DNA of 28,437 bases from Fidelibacterota bacterium. GTDB lineage: Bacteria; Fidelibacterota; Marinisomatia; Marinisomatales; TCS56. Below are positions 19,979-28,437 of the stretch, in pieces. Where the stretch lies: contig JBDRBK010000106.1 in the NCBI GenBank assembly GCA_043822705.1, positions 1 through 28,437 of the forward strand. The letters are read 5' to 3'. Numbering within the stretch: the stretch's first letter is position 1; each line of letters begins with the position of its first letter. A model generated the notes under the pieces. The model was not told where the DNA came from. It made no database searches and saw nothing but the letters and a program-made list of their open reading frames with translations. The position numbers were made by a program, and so were the translations under genes.

Positions 19979-21166
19979 CTAAATTAAATCCAGGCAGCGC
20001 GCCAGGTCGGCCTCAATATCGTTCACATCCTCGCAACCCACTGCCAGCCGGATCAGTCCGGCCGTAATCCCGGCCTTTTCCTGGCAATCCCGGCTCATAC
20101 CGGCATGGGTCATGGAGGCCGGGTGCTGGATCAGCGATTCGTAGCCGCCCAGCGATACGGCCAGGGTCGGCACCTGGACGTTATTCATGATTGTTTTCCC
20201 CGCTTCTGCACCACCCTTGACCTCGAAGCTGATCATAAAGCCGGGACCGTCCATCTGTTTCCTGGCCAGATCATACTGAGGATGGGATTGGAGTCCCGGA
20301 TAGCGTACCCATTCCACCTTGGGGTGCTGCTCGAGGAAGTCCGCCAGACGGATGGCGTTGGCCTGGGACTTTTCCACCCGCAGCGCCAGCGTCCGCAGTC
20401 CGCGTAACACCAGCCAGGACTGGTGGGGATCCATGGTGCCGCCCATCGACCGCAGGACCGGTCTGATCTGCTTAAACAATTTTTCGTTTTTGGCCACGAT
20501 GATGCCGGCCACCACATCGGAATGACCGTTCAACGCTTTGGTCATGCTGTGGACGATCACATCGGCGCCCAGCTCGAACGGCCGCTGCAGCACCGGCGTC
20601 ATGAAGGTGTTGTCCACCACCAGCAGGGCGCCATGCGCATGGGCGATTTCGGCGCAGGCGCGGATATCGGTCAGCTTGATCGTCGGATTGGCCGGCGTTT
20701 CGATGTAGACCAGGCGCGTCTCGGGCCGCAGGGCTTGGCGAACCTGTTCCGGATCTGATGAATCAACAAAATCGTATTCGATGCCGAAGCGGGAAAATTC
20801 CTTCTCGATCACCACCCGGGACGGACCGTAGACCGAATCGGTACCGACGATGTGAGCTCCCTGCCCGAGGAAGGTCATGTAGACCGTGGTCACGGCCGCC
20901 ATGCCCGTCGCCGTCGCCAGGGCGCCGTAACCACCTTCCAGTGTCGCCACCGCCTCTTCCAGCATATTGATCGTGGGATTGCCCAGGCGGGTGTAAATAT
21001 AGCCTGCTTCCTGCCCGGCGAAGCGCTGGGCGCCCTGGTCGGCCGATTCGAAGGCAAAGGTGGAGGTCTGGTAGATCGGCGGTGTGGCGCTGCCGTAGGT
21101 TTTATCAGGATTGATCCCGGCGTGCGTGACCTTGGTGTCGATTCCCATCGTGGGCAGAATTTTCAT
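19979..21166 (-). CDS. Methionine gamma-lyase-like PLP enzyme (Cys/Met metabolism family)
   Basis: PIYQTSTF, YTRLGNPT, ETPANPT, DNTF, HSMTKALNGHSDV, AVSLG and HPASMTHA. Confidence 0.85.
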   Translation of the reverse strand: MKILPTMGIDTKVTHAGINPDKTYGSATPPIYQTSTFAFESADQGAQRFAGQEAGYIYTRLGNPTINMLEEAVATLEGGYGALATATGMAAVTTVYMTFLGQGAHIVGTDSVYGPSRVVIEKEFSRFGIEYDFVDSSDPEQVRQALRPETRLVYIETPANPTIKLTDIRACAEIAHAHGALLVVDNTFMTPVLQRPFELGADVIVHSMTKALNGHSDVVAGIIVAKNEKLFKQIRPVLRSMGGTMDPHQSWLVLRGLRTLALRVEKSQANAIRLADFLEQHPKVEWVRYPGLQSHPQYDLARKQMDGPGFMISFEVKGGAEAGKTIMNNVQVPTLAVSLGGYESLIQHPASMTHAGMSRDCQEKAGITAGLIRLAVGCEDVNDIEADLARCLDLI

Positions 21167-21189
21167 GTTGATTTCCTGTGGTTCAGTGA

Positions 21190-22236
21190 TTAATGGCTGC
21201 GATGGATCGCCAGGATGTCGGTCAGGATCGAGTAACCGGTTTCAATCCGGCCGGCCCCGGCGCCGACGATAGTGATATCGCCCAGCAGATCGGTCGTGAA
21301 GGTCAGGGCGTTGGTGGCGTTCATGATTCCCGCCAGCGGATGGGTTAGCGGCACCATTTCCGGTTTCACCGAGGCCTTGATGCCGGTGGCGGTCTTTTCG
21401 ATCGCGCCGATCAGCTTCCAGCGGGCGTTGTTGGCTTTGGCGTCGGCGATCATTGCCGGAGTGATTCCCGTGATGCCCTGCCGTTCCACATCCTTGGCGG
21501 TGATCGGTGCGCCCATGACCACATTAGCCAGGATAATCACCTTGGCCATGGCATCAAAGCCTTCCACGTCGCCGGTGGGATCGGCCTCGGCGTAACCCAG
21601 TTGCTGCGCTTTTTGCAGGGCGACGGAATATTCCATGCCGGCCTCCATCTGGGTCAGAATGTAATTGGTGGTGCCGTTCAGTATACCACGGATAGAAGAG
21701 AAGGCACAGCCAGCCAGGGGTCCGGCCGCCAGATTGATAACCGGCGTGCCGGACACTACTGTGCCTTCGATCATGAATTTCACTCCGTGCTGGTCGGCCA
21801 GGGCCAGCATGCCGGCGAAGTCCACCGCCGCCGGACCCTTGTTGCTGGTGACGACATTTTTACCGGATTCGAACGCAGCCCGGCAGTGGTCGATGGCTGG
21901 TTGCCCGGTTTTAACATTGGTGAAAGCCAGTTCACAGACCGTGTCGGCGTTGGACTCGCGGATGGTCTTTAAGGCATCCCAGCCGTACTGCACCGGCGCC
22001 TTGGAGCACTTACAGTCATATTGTTCCAGCGATTCACCATCAGCTGCCAATTTCAGCAGCTTTTGCACATTCAGTCCATCGGGACAATAAACCGACCCTT
22101 TGACCGGGTCCGATACCGCCACCACTTCCCAGTCGAAGTTGTACTTCTCCTTCAGATAATCCTTTTTATCGACCAAGATTTCGCACAATCCCTGTCCGAC
22201 AGTTCCGAAACCGATTAATGCAAGTTTATGTGACAT
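21190..22236 (-). CDS. hom: Homoserine dehydrogenase (short form, no ACT domain)
   Basis: GFGTVG, VVTSNKGP, EGTVVSGTP, GILNGTTNYIL, GYAEADPTGDVEGFD and GAGAG. Confidence 0.93.
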   Translation of the reverse strand: MSHKLALIGFGTVGQGLCEILVDKKDYLKEKYNFDWEVVAVSDPVKGSVYCPDGLNVQKLLKLAADGESLEQYDCKCSKAPVQYGWDALKTIRESNADTVCELAFTNVKTGQPAIDHCRAAFESGKNVVTSNKGPAAVDFAGMLALADQHGVKFMIEGTVVSGTPVINLAAGPLAGCAFSSIRGILNGTTNYILTQMEAGMEYSVALQKAQQLGYAEADPTGDVEGFDAMAKVIILANVVMGAPITAKDVERQGITGITPAMIADAKANNARWKLIGAIEKTATGIKASVKPEMVPLTHPLAGIMNATNALTFTTDLLGDITIVGAGAGRIETGYSILTDILAIHRSH

Positions 22237-22276
22237 GGTTTATCCTTACTGAATTATAGTTTTAAATAGTTGTGCA

Positions 22277-22321
22277 GGGGGGCTGGGGTGCGGGGGAGAT
22301 GAGGAGCGGGGGAGAAACAGA
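22277..22321 (+). repeat. Octamer repeat arm (left), inverted partner of 22724-22765
   Basis: GGGGGGCT GGGGTGCG GGGGAGAT GAGGAGCG GGGGAGAA ACAGA. Confidence 0.85.
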
Positions 22322-22708
22322 TCATACTTTTCGTTCCAGCAGCCAGGGGGCAGGGTTGGTTATCATCCGGACTATTTTACCAATAATATTGGCGTAATCA
22401 GTGGCAAGTGTCTGGTGTGCTTTATCGTCAAGATACTGGCACGATGATGCGAAATCCAACCAAGTAATTGTTTCGGCAGCTTCTGCCTCGGAATCACTCA
22501 ATTTTGCGATGAAAGCAGCTTTATATCGACGTTTTCTCCAAGCTTCAGCCAGATTCGCGCAGACAGAACGTGATGATCGGCGAATCTGATCGATTAAGGA
22601 ATATTTTTCTTCAACCGGAAACGATTTGCTCAAATCAAATATCCTCATTGCACTATCATAGGCCAACTGGTAAACATCCAAATCCTGATGATTTTTAATC
22701 AGACTCAT
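22322..22708 (-). CDS. Four helix bundle protein (23S rRNA intervening-sequence protein family)
   Basis: HQDLDVYQLA, FPVEEKYSLIDQIRRSSRSVCANLAEAW and SEAEAAETITWL. Confidence 0.92.
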   Translation of the reverse strand: MSLIKNHQDLDVYQLAYDSAMRIFDLSKSFPVEEKYSLIDQIRRSSRSVCANLAEAWRKRRYKAAFIAKLSDSEAEAAETITWLDFASSCQYLDDKAHQTLATDYANIIGKIVRMITNPAPWLLERKV

Positions 22709-22723
22709 TTTTGGTTAATCTTT

Positions 22724-22765
22724 TCTGTTCCCCATCACCTCATCTCCTCATCACCTCCGCTCCTC
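22724..22765 (-). repeat. Octamer repeat arm (right)
   Basis: Reverse complement GAGGAGCG GAGGTGAT GAGGAGAT GAGGTGAT GGGGAACAGA. Confidence 0.85.
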
Positions 22766-24155
22766 AACCTATTTGGTCAAGTCCACGCACGAGGTCCGCA
22801 ATAATATCATCCGGGTGTTCCACCCCAACGGCAATCCGCACGGCATTGGGTTTGATCGAGGCCAGCGCCCGGCCTTCCTCGCCCTGTTGCTGGTGGGTTG
22901 AGATGGCATTCATCGTCGCTACGGTCTTGACCCGGCCCAGGTCGGTGGCGCGCCAGATCATATCCAGTCCGTCATAAAATTTGCGAGTGTTTGTGTTGTC
23001 GCCTTCCCGTGCTTCCTTGATCTCGGCCATCAGCATGTAGCCGTAGGCGTTTTTGTCGTCGTCAACCAGACGCATGTATTTCTGTGCCAACTTGTGGGCG
23101 TGGTAGCTTTCCAGTCCGGGATAAAACACCCGGTCGACTTTGGGATGGCCTTCCAGGAAGTGCGCCACCGCCAGGGCGGTTTCGCTCATCTGGGCGATCC
23201 GCGGGCGCAGGGTGCGTAGATCGTTGAGGGTCATGATGGCGCCCATCGGGTGCAGGCCGGGACCATTGTCGCGGTAGGGCCACAGTTTGGCCCAGGTGGC
23301 GAAATCGGCCTTCATTTCGTCGGGCCCGATTTTGCTGACAATATTCTTGCGGGCGATAATGAGTCCGACGATGGTCGTACCGCTGGCAGCCATCACTTTG
23401 GTGGCGGACTGCACTACGATATCCGCGCCCCAGGCTAGGGGTCGGGTCAGGGCCGGCGAGGCGCAGGTGGAATCGACGATCAAGGGGACGCCGCTGCGAT
23501 GGGCCAGGTCGGCTACCGCAGCGATATCGAAAATGTCGACGGTGGGATTAGAGGGGAATTCGCCGTACACGAAGCGGGTGCCGGCATCGATTTTAGTGGC
23601 CCATTCGTCCAGGTTGGTGGGGTCGGTCACCCAGCGAACCGCGATCCCCTGTTCCTGTCCCCGCCGGACGGAAAACTGCTGAAATGTGCCGCCGTAAACC
23701 TTGGCCGAGCTGACGATATTCATCGCTGGCAGCACATCATCGCGGACCAGGAAAGGCTCGGTGGCGGTGCGGATGGCGCTCATGCCGCTGGCCGTTGCCA
23801 CGCACGAGGCGGCCAGGTCGGTGCCGTAGATTTCCAGCAGGGCCGCGGTTTCTTCCAGAAAATAATTGGAGGGGTTGGCGATCCGCGAATAGCACCAATT
23901 GGGCATCCGGTAAGAGAGACCGGCTTCCATTTCATAGGAATTGCGATAGGCCTGGGCCGTGCTAAGGTAAACCGGCTCCATGATCGATGAATTATTGAAA
24001 TCCAAAGCCTGTGACAGGTCATACAGACCGTGGGTAGCGATCGTGTCGAATTTCCAGTTCCTGGTACGATCGATCCGCCGCTGGCGGTCGGCGATCATTT
24101 TTTGCCCCAGATCAACCCAGTAAGCGAGGTTGTCTTGATGATCGGTTGTTTTCAT
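22764..24155 (-). CDS. Divergent Cys/Met-metabolism PLP enzyme (MetY/MetZ-like sulfhydrylase or gamma-lyase)
   Basis: FDTIATHG, YSRIANP, SGMSAI, YGGT, EFPSNP, VDST, QSATK (PLP Lys) and RIAVGVEHPDDIIADL. Confidence 0.8.
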   Translation of the reverse strand: MKTTDHQDNLAYWVDLGQKMIADRQRRIDRTRNWKFDTIATHGLYDLSQALDFNNSSIMEPVYLSTAQAYRNSYEMEAGLSYRMPNWCYSRIANPSNYFLEETAALLEIYGTDLAASCVATASGMSAIRTATEPFLVRDDVLPAMNIVSSAKVYGGTFQQFSVRRGQEQGIAVRWVTDPTNLDEWATKIDAGTRFVYGEFPSNPTVDIFDIAAVADLAHRSGVPLIVDSTCASPALTRPLAWGADIVVQSATKVMAASGTTIVGLIIARKNIVSKIGPDEMKADFATWAKLWPYRDNGPGLHPMGAIMTLNDLRTLRPRIAQMSETALAVAHFLEGHPKVDRVFYPGLESYHAHKLAQKYMRLVDDDKNAYGYMLMAEIKEAREGDNTNTRKFYDGLDMIWRATDLGRVKTVATMNAISTHQQQGEEGRALASIKPNAVRIAVGVEHPDDIIADLVRGLDQIG

Positions 24156-24156
24156 T

Positions 24157-24642
24157 TCATTCCCCGGTGGTGGAAATCCTGGTTTCCTGTTTGATGGTCG
24201 ACAGCACGACCAGTGTTTTCAGGTTCTGAACATCCGGCAGCGCCGTCAGCTTGTTGATGATGAATTGTTCGTATGCCGGGATGTCGCGGGTGGCCACTTT
24301 CAGCAGAAAATCGGCTTCGCCGGTAATATGATGGCATTCCAGCACCTCTTCCATGTTGGTGATGGCGCTGGTGACCCGTTTCAATGCCTCGCTGCCATGG
24401 CGGACCATCGTTACTTCCACATATGTGAAGCAGGAAACTCCCAGTTTCCGGGGGTTAACCAGCGCGACATATTTATCGATATAGCCGTTGCGTTCCAGCT
24501 TTTTTACCCGTTCCAGAACCGGCGGCGGCGACCTACCGACCTGCTTGGCCAACTCGGCATTGGTGATCCGGCCGTCTTCCTGCAGGATAGCGATGATTTT
24601 GTAGTCAATCTGGTCCAATAGATATTTATGATTATTTTTCAT
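24157..24642 (-). CDS. Lrp/AsnC family transcriptional regulator
   Basis: LDQIDYKIIAILQEDGRITNAELAKQVG.S...V.ERVKKLE HTH and ECHHITGEADFLLKV RAM domain. The ATG at 24642 is preferred over 24705. Confidence 0.93.
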   Translation of the reverse strand: MKNNHKYLLDQIDYKIIAILQEDGRITNAELAKQVGRSPPPVLERVKKLERNGYIDKYVALVNPRKLGVSCFTYVEVTMVRHGSEALKRVTSAITNMEEVLECHHITGEADFLLKVATRDIPAYEQFIINKLTALPDVQNLKTLVVLSTIKQETRISTTGE

Positions 24643-24705
24643 TATCGACTTTCTTCGTAATATAATTTCGTGAATTAACTTAATACTGTTATATATATAA
24701 TGCAA
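24643..24705 (-). promoter_or_regulatory. AT-rich promoter/operator region of the Lrp-headed operon
   Basis: Sharp AT-rich tract immediately upstream of the regulator in the divergent intergenic region. Individual boxes could not be resolved. Confidence 0.4.
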
Positions 24706-24838
24706 CTCGAGTCGAACCGTTGTTGTCGATTTTTCAGTGGCCTAAGTCGTCGGTTTGTCCCGGCTGTTGTAAGCGCGAGTGCTCGTCGCCGGCCGTTCTT
24801 CTACGGCACCGGGCCGGTTTTACTGTTAACTTCGGCGC

Positions 24839-25534
24839 GTGAAAATACCGGGACCATTACTTAAAGGACGTTTCCTGGACCGTCCGAACAGGTTCATCAC
24901 ACGTGTCGAACTGGATGGCAGGGTGGTGGTCAGTCATCTGGCCGATCCGGGGCGTTTGGAGGAATTGCTGGTTCCCGGCGCTGAACTGTATCTGCGACCG
25001 GCGGCTCCCGGTTCGGGACGCAAAACACGTTATTCGACAATCCTGGTCCGGCAGGGCGAAATCCTGGTGTCATTGGTCTCGGCGCTGCCAAATCAGTTTG
25101 TTGGTGAAGAACTGGCGGCCCGGCGACTGCCCCTGTTGCGGAATTACCAACTGATCCGTCCCGAAGTCAGTGTGGGGAAGCACCGTTTTGATTTTTTACT
25201 GGAGCGGGGCGGTAGTCCTTTTTACCTGGAAGTGAAATCGGTGACCTATGTGGAAAATGGCGTGGCCCGGTTCCCGGATGCGGTGTCGGAACGCGCGGTG
25301 CGCCATGCCGATGCTCTGGCCGGGCTGGCCCGGTCGGGGATCGCGACCGGCATACTGTTTGTCTGCCAGCGGCAGGATGCCGATTGTTTCAGGCCTTTCG
25401 TAGACCGCGATCCGCGTTTTGCGGCGGCGCTGGCAACGGCCGGCCGGGCCGGTGTTCGCATCAATTGCATAACCACCAGAGTTACCTTGGAAGAAATCAC
25501 TTATTATCAGGAAATTCCGGTTGTTCTGGACTAA
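24839..25534 (+). CDS. sfsA: DNA/RNA nuclease SfsA (sugar fermentation stimulation protein)
   Basis: RPNRF, H..DPGRL.ELL.PG, RKT, RFDFLL, YLEVKSVT and FPDAVSERAVRH. GTG start. Confidence 0.93.
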   Translation: MKIPGPLLKGRFLDRPNRFITRVELDGRVVVSHLADPGRLEELLVPGAELYLRPAAPGSGRKTRYSTILVRQGEILVSLVSALPNQFVGEELAARRLPLLRNYQLIRPEVSVGKHRFDFLLERGGSPFYLEVKSVTYVENGVARFPDAVSERAVRHADALAGLARSGIATGILFVCQRQDADCFRPFVDRDPRFAAALATAGRAGVRINCITTRVTLEEITYYQEIPVVLD

Positions 25535-25547
25535 TGATTTGATAAAT

Positions 25548-27224
25548 ATGATTAGCAGTCTTAATTACCGTTTGTCGCGGCATTTCCTGCTGCTGGCCGT
25601 AATCCTGGTTTCCTGGCGTTGTGCCGCCGTGAAAGCGCCGTCCGGCGGTCCCAAGGACGAAGCACCGCCGCTGCTGGTGACGGCGACACCGCCCAGCGGG
25701 ACCGTTAATATTACCGGCGGTTTAGTCGTCAGCCTGGAATTCTCGGAATACATCGATGAGAACAGCATCACGAATTGTTTTCATCTCTCGCCCCTGAGCA
25801 GCACCCCGCTCGATCTGGATTACCGGGACCGGGTCATAAACGTGACCTTTCCGGATTCGCTGGTGACCGACCAGACCTACGTCCTGACGATCAGCCGCGA
25901 TCTCCGGGACGAACATGGCGTCACTCTGGCGGAACCGCTGCAATTGGCCTACAGTACCGGCAACCGGATCGAAAACAGAATGATTTCCGGCAAAATCTAC
26001 TATAACGATGTTCCGGCGGCCCTGCATTTATGGGACCTTGGATTGACTCCGGCGACCGATTCGCTGTTTGCCTCGCTGCCGTTATATCTCACCGATGCCG
26101 CCGATGACGGCAGTTTCGAATTCCGTTTTCTACGGCCGTCGCGCTACCGGATTCTGGCCGTCGACCGATCCGCTGCCGGGGTTGGATTGAATACCGCCCG
26201 CAGCGGATACGCCGTCGCCCGGCAACACCAAATCGACCTGGACCGCGACAGTATCGTTACGGCCATCGATTTACCGTTCCATCGGGAACCGGCGCAACTG
26301 CGTTTTCTGCGTGGAGAATGGACTGGCCGGCGCTGGGGCCGGTTGTTTTTCAACAATCCGCTGCGGCAGGAACCGGCGGCCATGAAACTGGAATTAACCG
26401 ACGGCAGCGGATCGCTCCCGGCGCAATATTTCCTCGATCCGCTGGACAGCAGCGCGATCATTATTATTAGTTCCGCCGATCCCGCAACCGACCGGATCAC
26501 CTTATTGGCGGGAGCGACCCAGGATGTTTTTCGGCAATCCGTCGATTCGGTCGCGGTCACGTTGCGGGTGGCGGCCAAACCCGATACGGCGTCCCCGACG
26601 ATACTCGCACCGATCAAGGATCTGAAACTTGATCCGGAAAGCGGTCCGATCCGGCTGGTGATCAGCAAACCAGTCGTCGACTGGACGGCGGCGGCCGCCA
26701 TTAGATTATTGGTGAGCGACAGCCTGACAGTGCCGATCGCGGTTGATTCAATCAGTCCTTTGCACCTGTCGCTGACGCCGCTGGCGGGCTGGCAGGCGCA
26801 GACCAACTACCGGCTGGAAATTCCCCTGGATAGTATCATCTGTCTGGACGGTACCAGTCCCAAAGATTCACTGTTCGTGACAAAAATCAGTGTCGGCAAA
26901 CAACGCGGGCGGGGCGCTGTCGGCGGGTCTGTGACCGGTCTTGAATCGCCGGCGCTGGCGGCACTTGGTCCGCTGGAAAAATCAGTCTGGAATCATTTAT
27001 CGGATGTAAATTCTGAGTCGACTTTTTACTTTGAAAATATCCCGGAAGGCTACCACCGATTAATGATATTCAATGATGAAAACGGAAACCGACGGTTCGA
27101 TTTCGGTCAGGCCTATCCCTTTATTCCCAGCGAATGGTTTTATTTATCCAGCGATACGGTTGAAGTACGCGCCAATTGGGACATTCGACTGCCGGATATC
27201 AATCTAATGGAGGTAGAGCGCTAA
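25548..27224 (+). CDS. Ig-like (Big_5) domain putative lipoprotein
   Basis: Hydrophobic leader ending in C-AAVKAPSGGPKD..PP, FSEYID motif and C-terminal D.NGN..FDFG...P. The ATG at 25548 is preferred over the track's 25521. Confidence 0.8.
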   Translation: MISSLNYRLSRHFLLLAVILVSWRCAAVKAPSGGPKDEAPPLLVTATPPSGTVNITGGLVVSLEFSEYIDENSITNCFHLSPLSSTPLDLDYRDRVINVTFPDSLVTDQTYVLTISRDLRDEHGVTLAEPLQLAYSTGNRIENRMISGKIYYNDVPAALHLWDLGLTPATDSLFASLPLYLTDAADDGSFEFRFLRPSRYRILAVDRSAAGVGLNTARSGYAVARQHQIDLDRDSIVTAIDLPFHREPAQLRFLRGEWTGRRWGRLFFNNPLRQEPAAMKLELTDGSGSLPAQYFLDPLDSSAIIIISSADPATDRITLLAGATQDVFRQSVDSVAVTLRVAAKPDTASPTILAPIKDLKLDPESGPIRLVISKPVVDWTAAAAIRLLVSDSLTVPIAVDSISPLHLSLTPLAGWQAQTNYRLEIPLDSIICLDGTSPKDSLFVTKISVGKQRGRGAVGGSVTGLESPALAALGPLEKSVWNHLSDVNSESTFYFENIPEGYHRLMIFNDENGNRRFDFGQAYPFIPSEWFYLSSDTVEVRANWDIRLPDINLMEVER

Positions 27225-28279
27225 TGTATTGTGTTATCTTAGCCGGCGGCCGGGGAACGCGGTTCTGGCCCTTCAGCCGGATGCAGCGCCCCAAACAACT
27301 GCTGAATATCATCGGCGATATCTCGATGCTGCAGATGACGGTCGACCGGTTGCGGAAAATTCCGGGGGTCAAGGAAATATTTATCGCCACCGGTGCCGAT
27401 CTGGCGCCGGTAATCAAAAAAGAAGTAACCCATATTAAACCGGAAAATATTATTGTCGAGCCCAGCGGTAAAAATACGGCGCCCGGTATCGGACTGGCGG
27501 CACTGCGGCTGGCGGCGCTCGACAAGGATGAGGTTATGGGCGTGTTCCCGGCGGATCATCTGGTGGTCGGCCACCACGAATTCGAGAAGGCGGTTAAAAC
27601 CGCCGCTCATCTGGCGCGAAAGAAAAAATCGCTGGTCACGATCGGTGTCAACCCGACCTTCCCGGCCACCGGATACGGCTATATTCAATTTGCAGCCGAC
27701 AGCGATGAGGATCATCTGGATGCTTACCGAGTCAAGACTTTTGCCGAAAAGCCGCCGCTGGACCTGGCGCGACAATTTCTGGAAAGCGGTGAATTCCTGT
27801 GGAACAGCGGTATTTTTGTCTGGGAAATCGGCACATTTTTCAGTGAAATGCGTCGGCATATGCCCGATCTGCATCACAGCCTCGAGTTGATCCGCGAGCT
27901 TGACGTTAACGAATCGATCGCCGATATCTGGAACGATATCAGTGCCGAATCGATTGACTACGGTCTGATGGAAAAAACCGACAATATTTACGTGATCAAG
28001 GCCCGTTTTGAATGGAACGACGTCGGTTCCTGGAATGCCGTTTATGATATCTGTCCGAAGAACGGCAATCGCAACGTCCTGCGTGGCGACGGTGTGATTC
28101 TGAACGGCCACGATAATTTTGTACAATCCGACGGACGGTTTACGGCGGTCGTCGGCGTTGATAATCTGGTGGTAGTGAACACCGCCGACGCCACGCTGGT
28201 GATTCCCAAGGATCAGGTGGAATCAGTGAAAGAGCTGGTGGAGTTGTTGAAAAATGAAGAACGCAAGGATCTGCTTTAA
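27224..28279 (+). CDS. manC: Mannose-1-phosphate guanylyltransferase
   Basis: VILAGGRGTRFWP.SR...PKQ, EP.GKNTAP, PADH, TGYGYI, FAEKP, WNSGIF, SIDYG.MEK and WNDVGSW. TAATG coupling gives the start at 27224. Confidence 0.93.
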   Translation: MYCVILAGGRGTRFWPFSRMQRPKQLLNIIGDISMLQMTVDRLRKIPGVKEIFIATGADLAPVIKKEVTHIKPENIIVEPSGKNTAPGIGLAALRLAALDKDEVMGVFPADHLVVGHHEFEKAVKTAAHLARKKKSLVTIGVNPTFPATGYGYIQFAADSDEDHLDAYRVKTFAEKPPLDLARQFLESGEFLWNSGIFVWEIGTFFSEMRRHMPDLHHSLELIRELDVNESIADIWNDISAESIDYGLMEKTDNIYVIKARFEWNDVGSWNAVYDICPKNGNRNVLRGDGVILNGHDNFVQSDGRFTAVVGVDNLVVVNTADATLVIPKDQVESVKELVELLKNEERKDLL

Positions 28280-28291
28280 TGGTACGCCGCA

Positions 28292-28437
28292 ATGAACCCG
28301 CAGCAACTGTTGCAACAATTTGAGGAATTATCCGAGCGATTAGGTATCCGGCTGGTAGAGGACAAGGGCGATTTCGCCGGCGGTAGCTGCCGCGTCCGGG
28401 AAGAGGCCTGCATCGTGATCAACAAACACCGGCCGAT
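28292..28437 (+). CDS. Hypothetical protein, 5' part (runs off the window)
   Basis: Open frame MNPQQLLQQFEELSERLGIRLVEDKGDFAGGSCRVREEACIVINKHRP..., starting 12 bp after manC. Confidence 0.7.
   Translation, partial: MNPQQLLQQFEELSERLGIRLVEDKGDFAGGSCRVREEACIVINKHRP

Noticed and set aside
22322..22708. Diversity-generating retroelement (Avd-like gene)
   Set aside because: No reverse transcriptase and no template/variable repeat pair were seen in the window.
24643..24838. SAM or other riboswitch upstream of the Met-related cluster
   Set aside because: No recognisable riboswitch consensus by eye, only a small GC hairpin near 24787-24812. An Rfam/Infernal scan would settle it.

Overview
A 28.4 kb chromosomal segment from a GC-rich Gram-negative bacterium. 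Gene content suggests the FCB superphylum (e.g. Marinimicrobia-like), which is an inference. The backbone is housekeeping and envelope genes: argF, lpxH, a peptidase/TolB-propeller/Omp85 fusion, radA, an ABC-2 exporter, mscS, tgt, a NudB-like Nudix, sfsA, an Ig-like lipoprotein and manC. Five things stand out. (1) A BCP/PrxQ peroxiredoxin missed by the ORF track has an in-frame TGA at the peroxidatic position, followed by a SECIS-like hairpin, so it is a predicted selenoprotein. (2) A RAYT-type HUH transposase sits with four GTAA-headed REP-like palindromes that also bracket an AT-rich DUF2971 gene. (3) A minus-strand, Lrp-headed amino-acid catabolic cluster encodes a divergent PLP gamma-lyase/MetY-like enzyme, homoserine dehydrogenase, an MGL-like lyase, an ALDH and tyrosine phenol-lyase. 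(4) Inside that cluster, a 23S-rRNA-IVP/four-helix-bundle gene is enclosed by inverted octamer-repeat arms that could loop it out of the mRNA. (5) Degenerate 7-8-mer repeat arrays occur in many intergenic spacers. All family assignments come from motif recognition by eye; no database searches were run.
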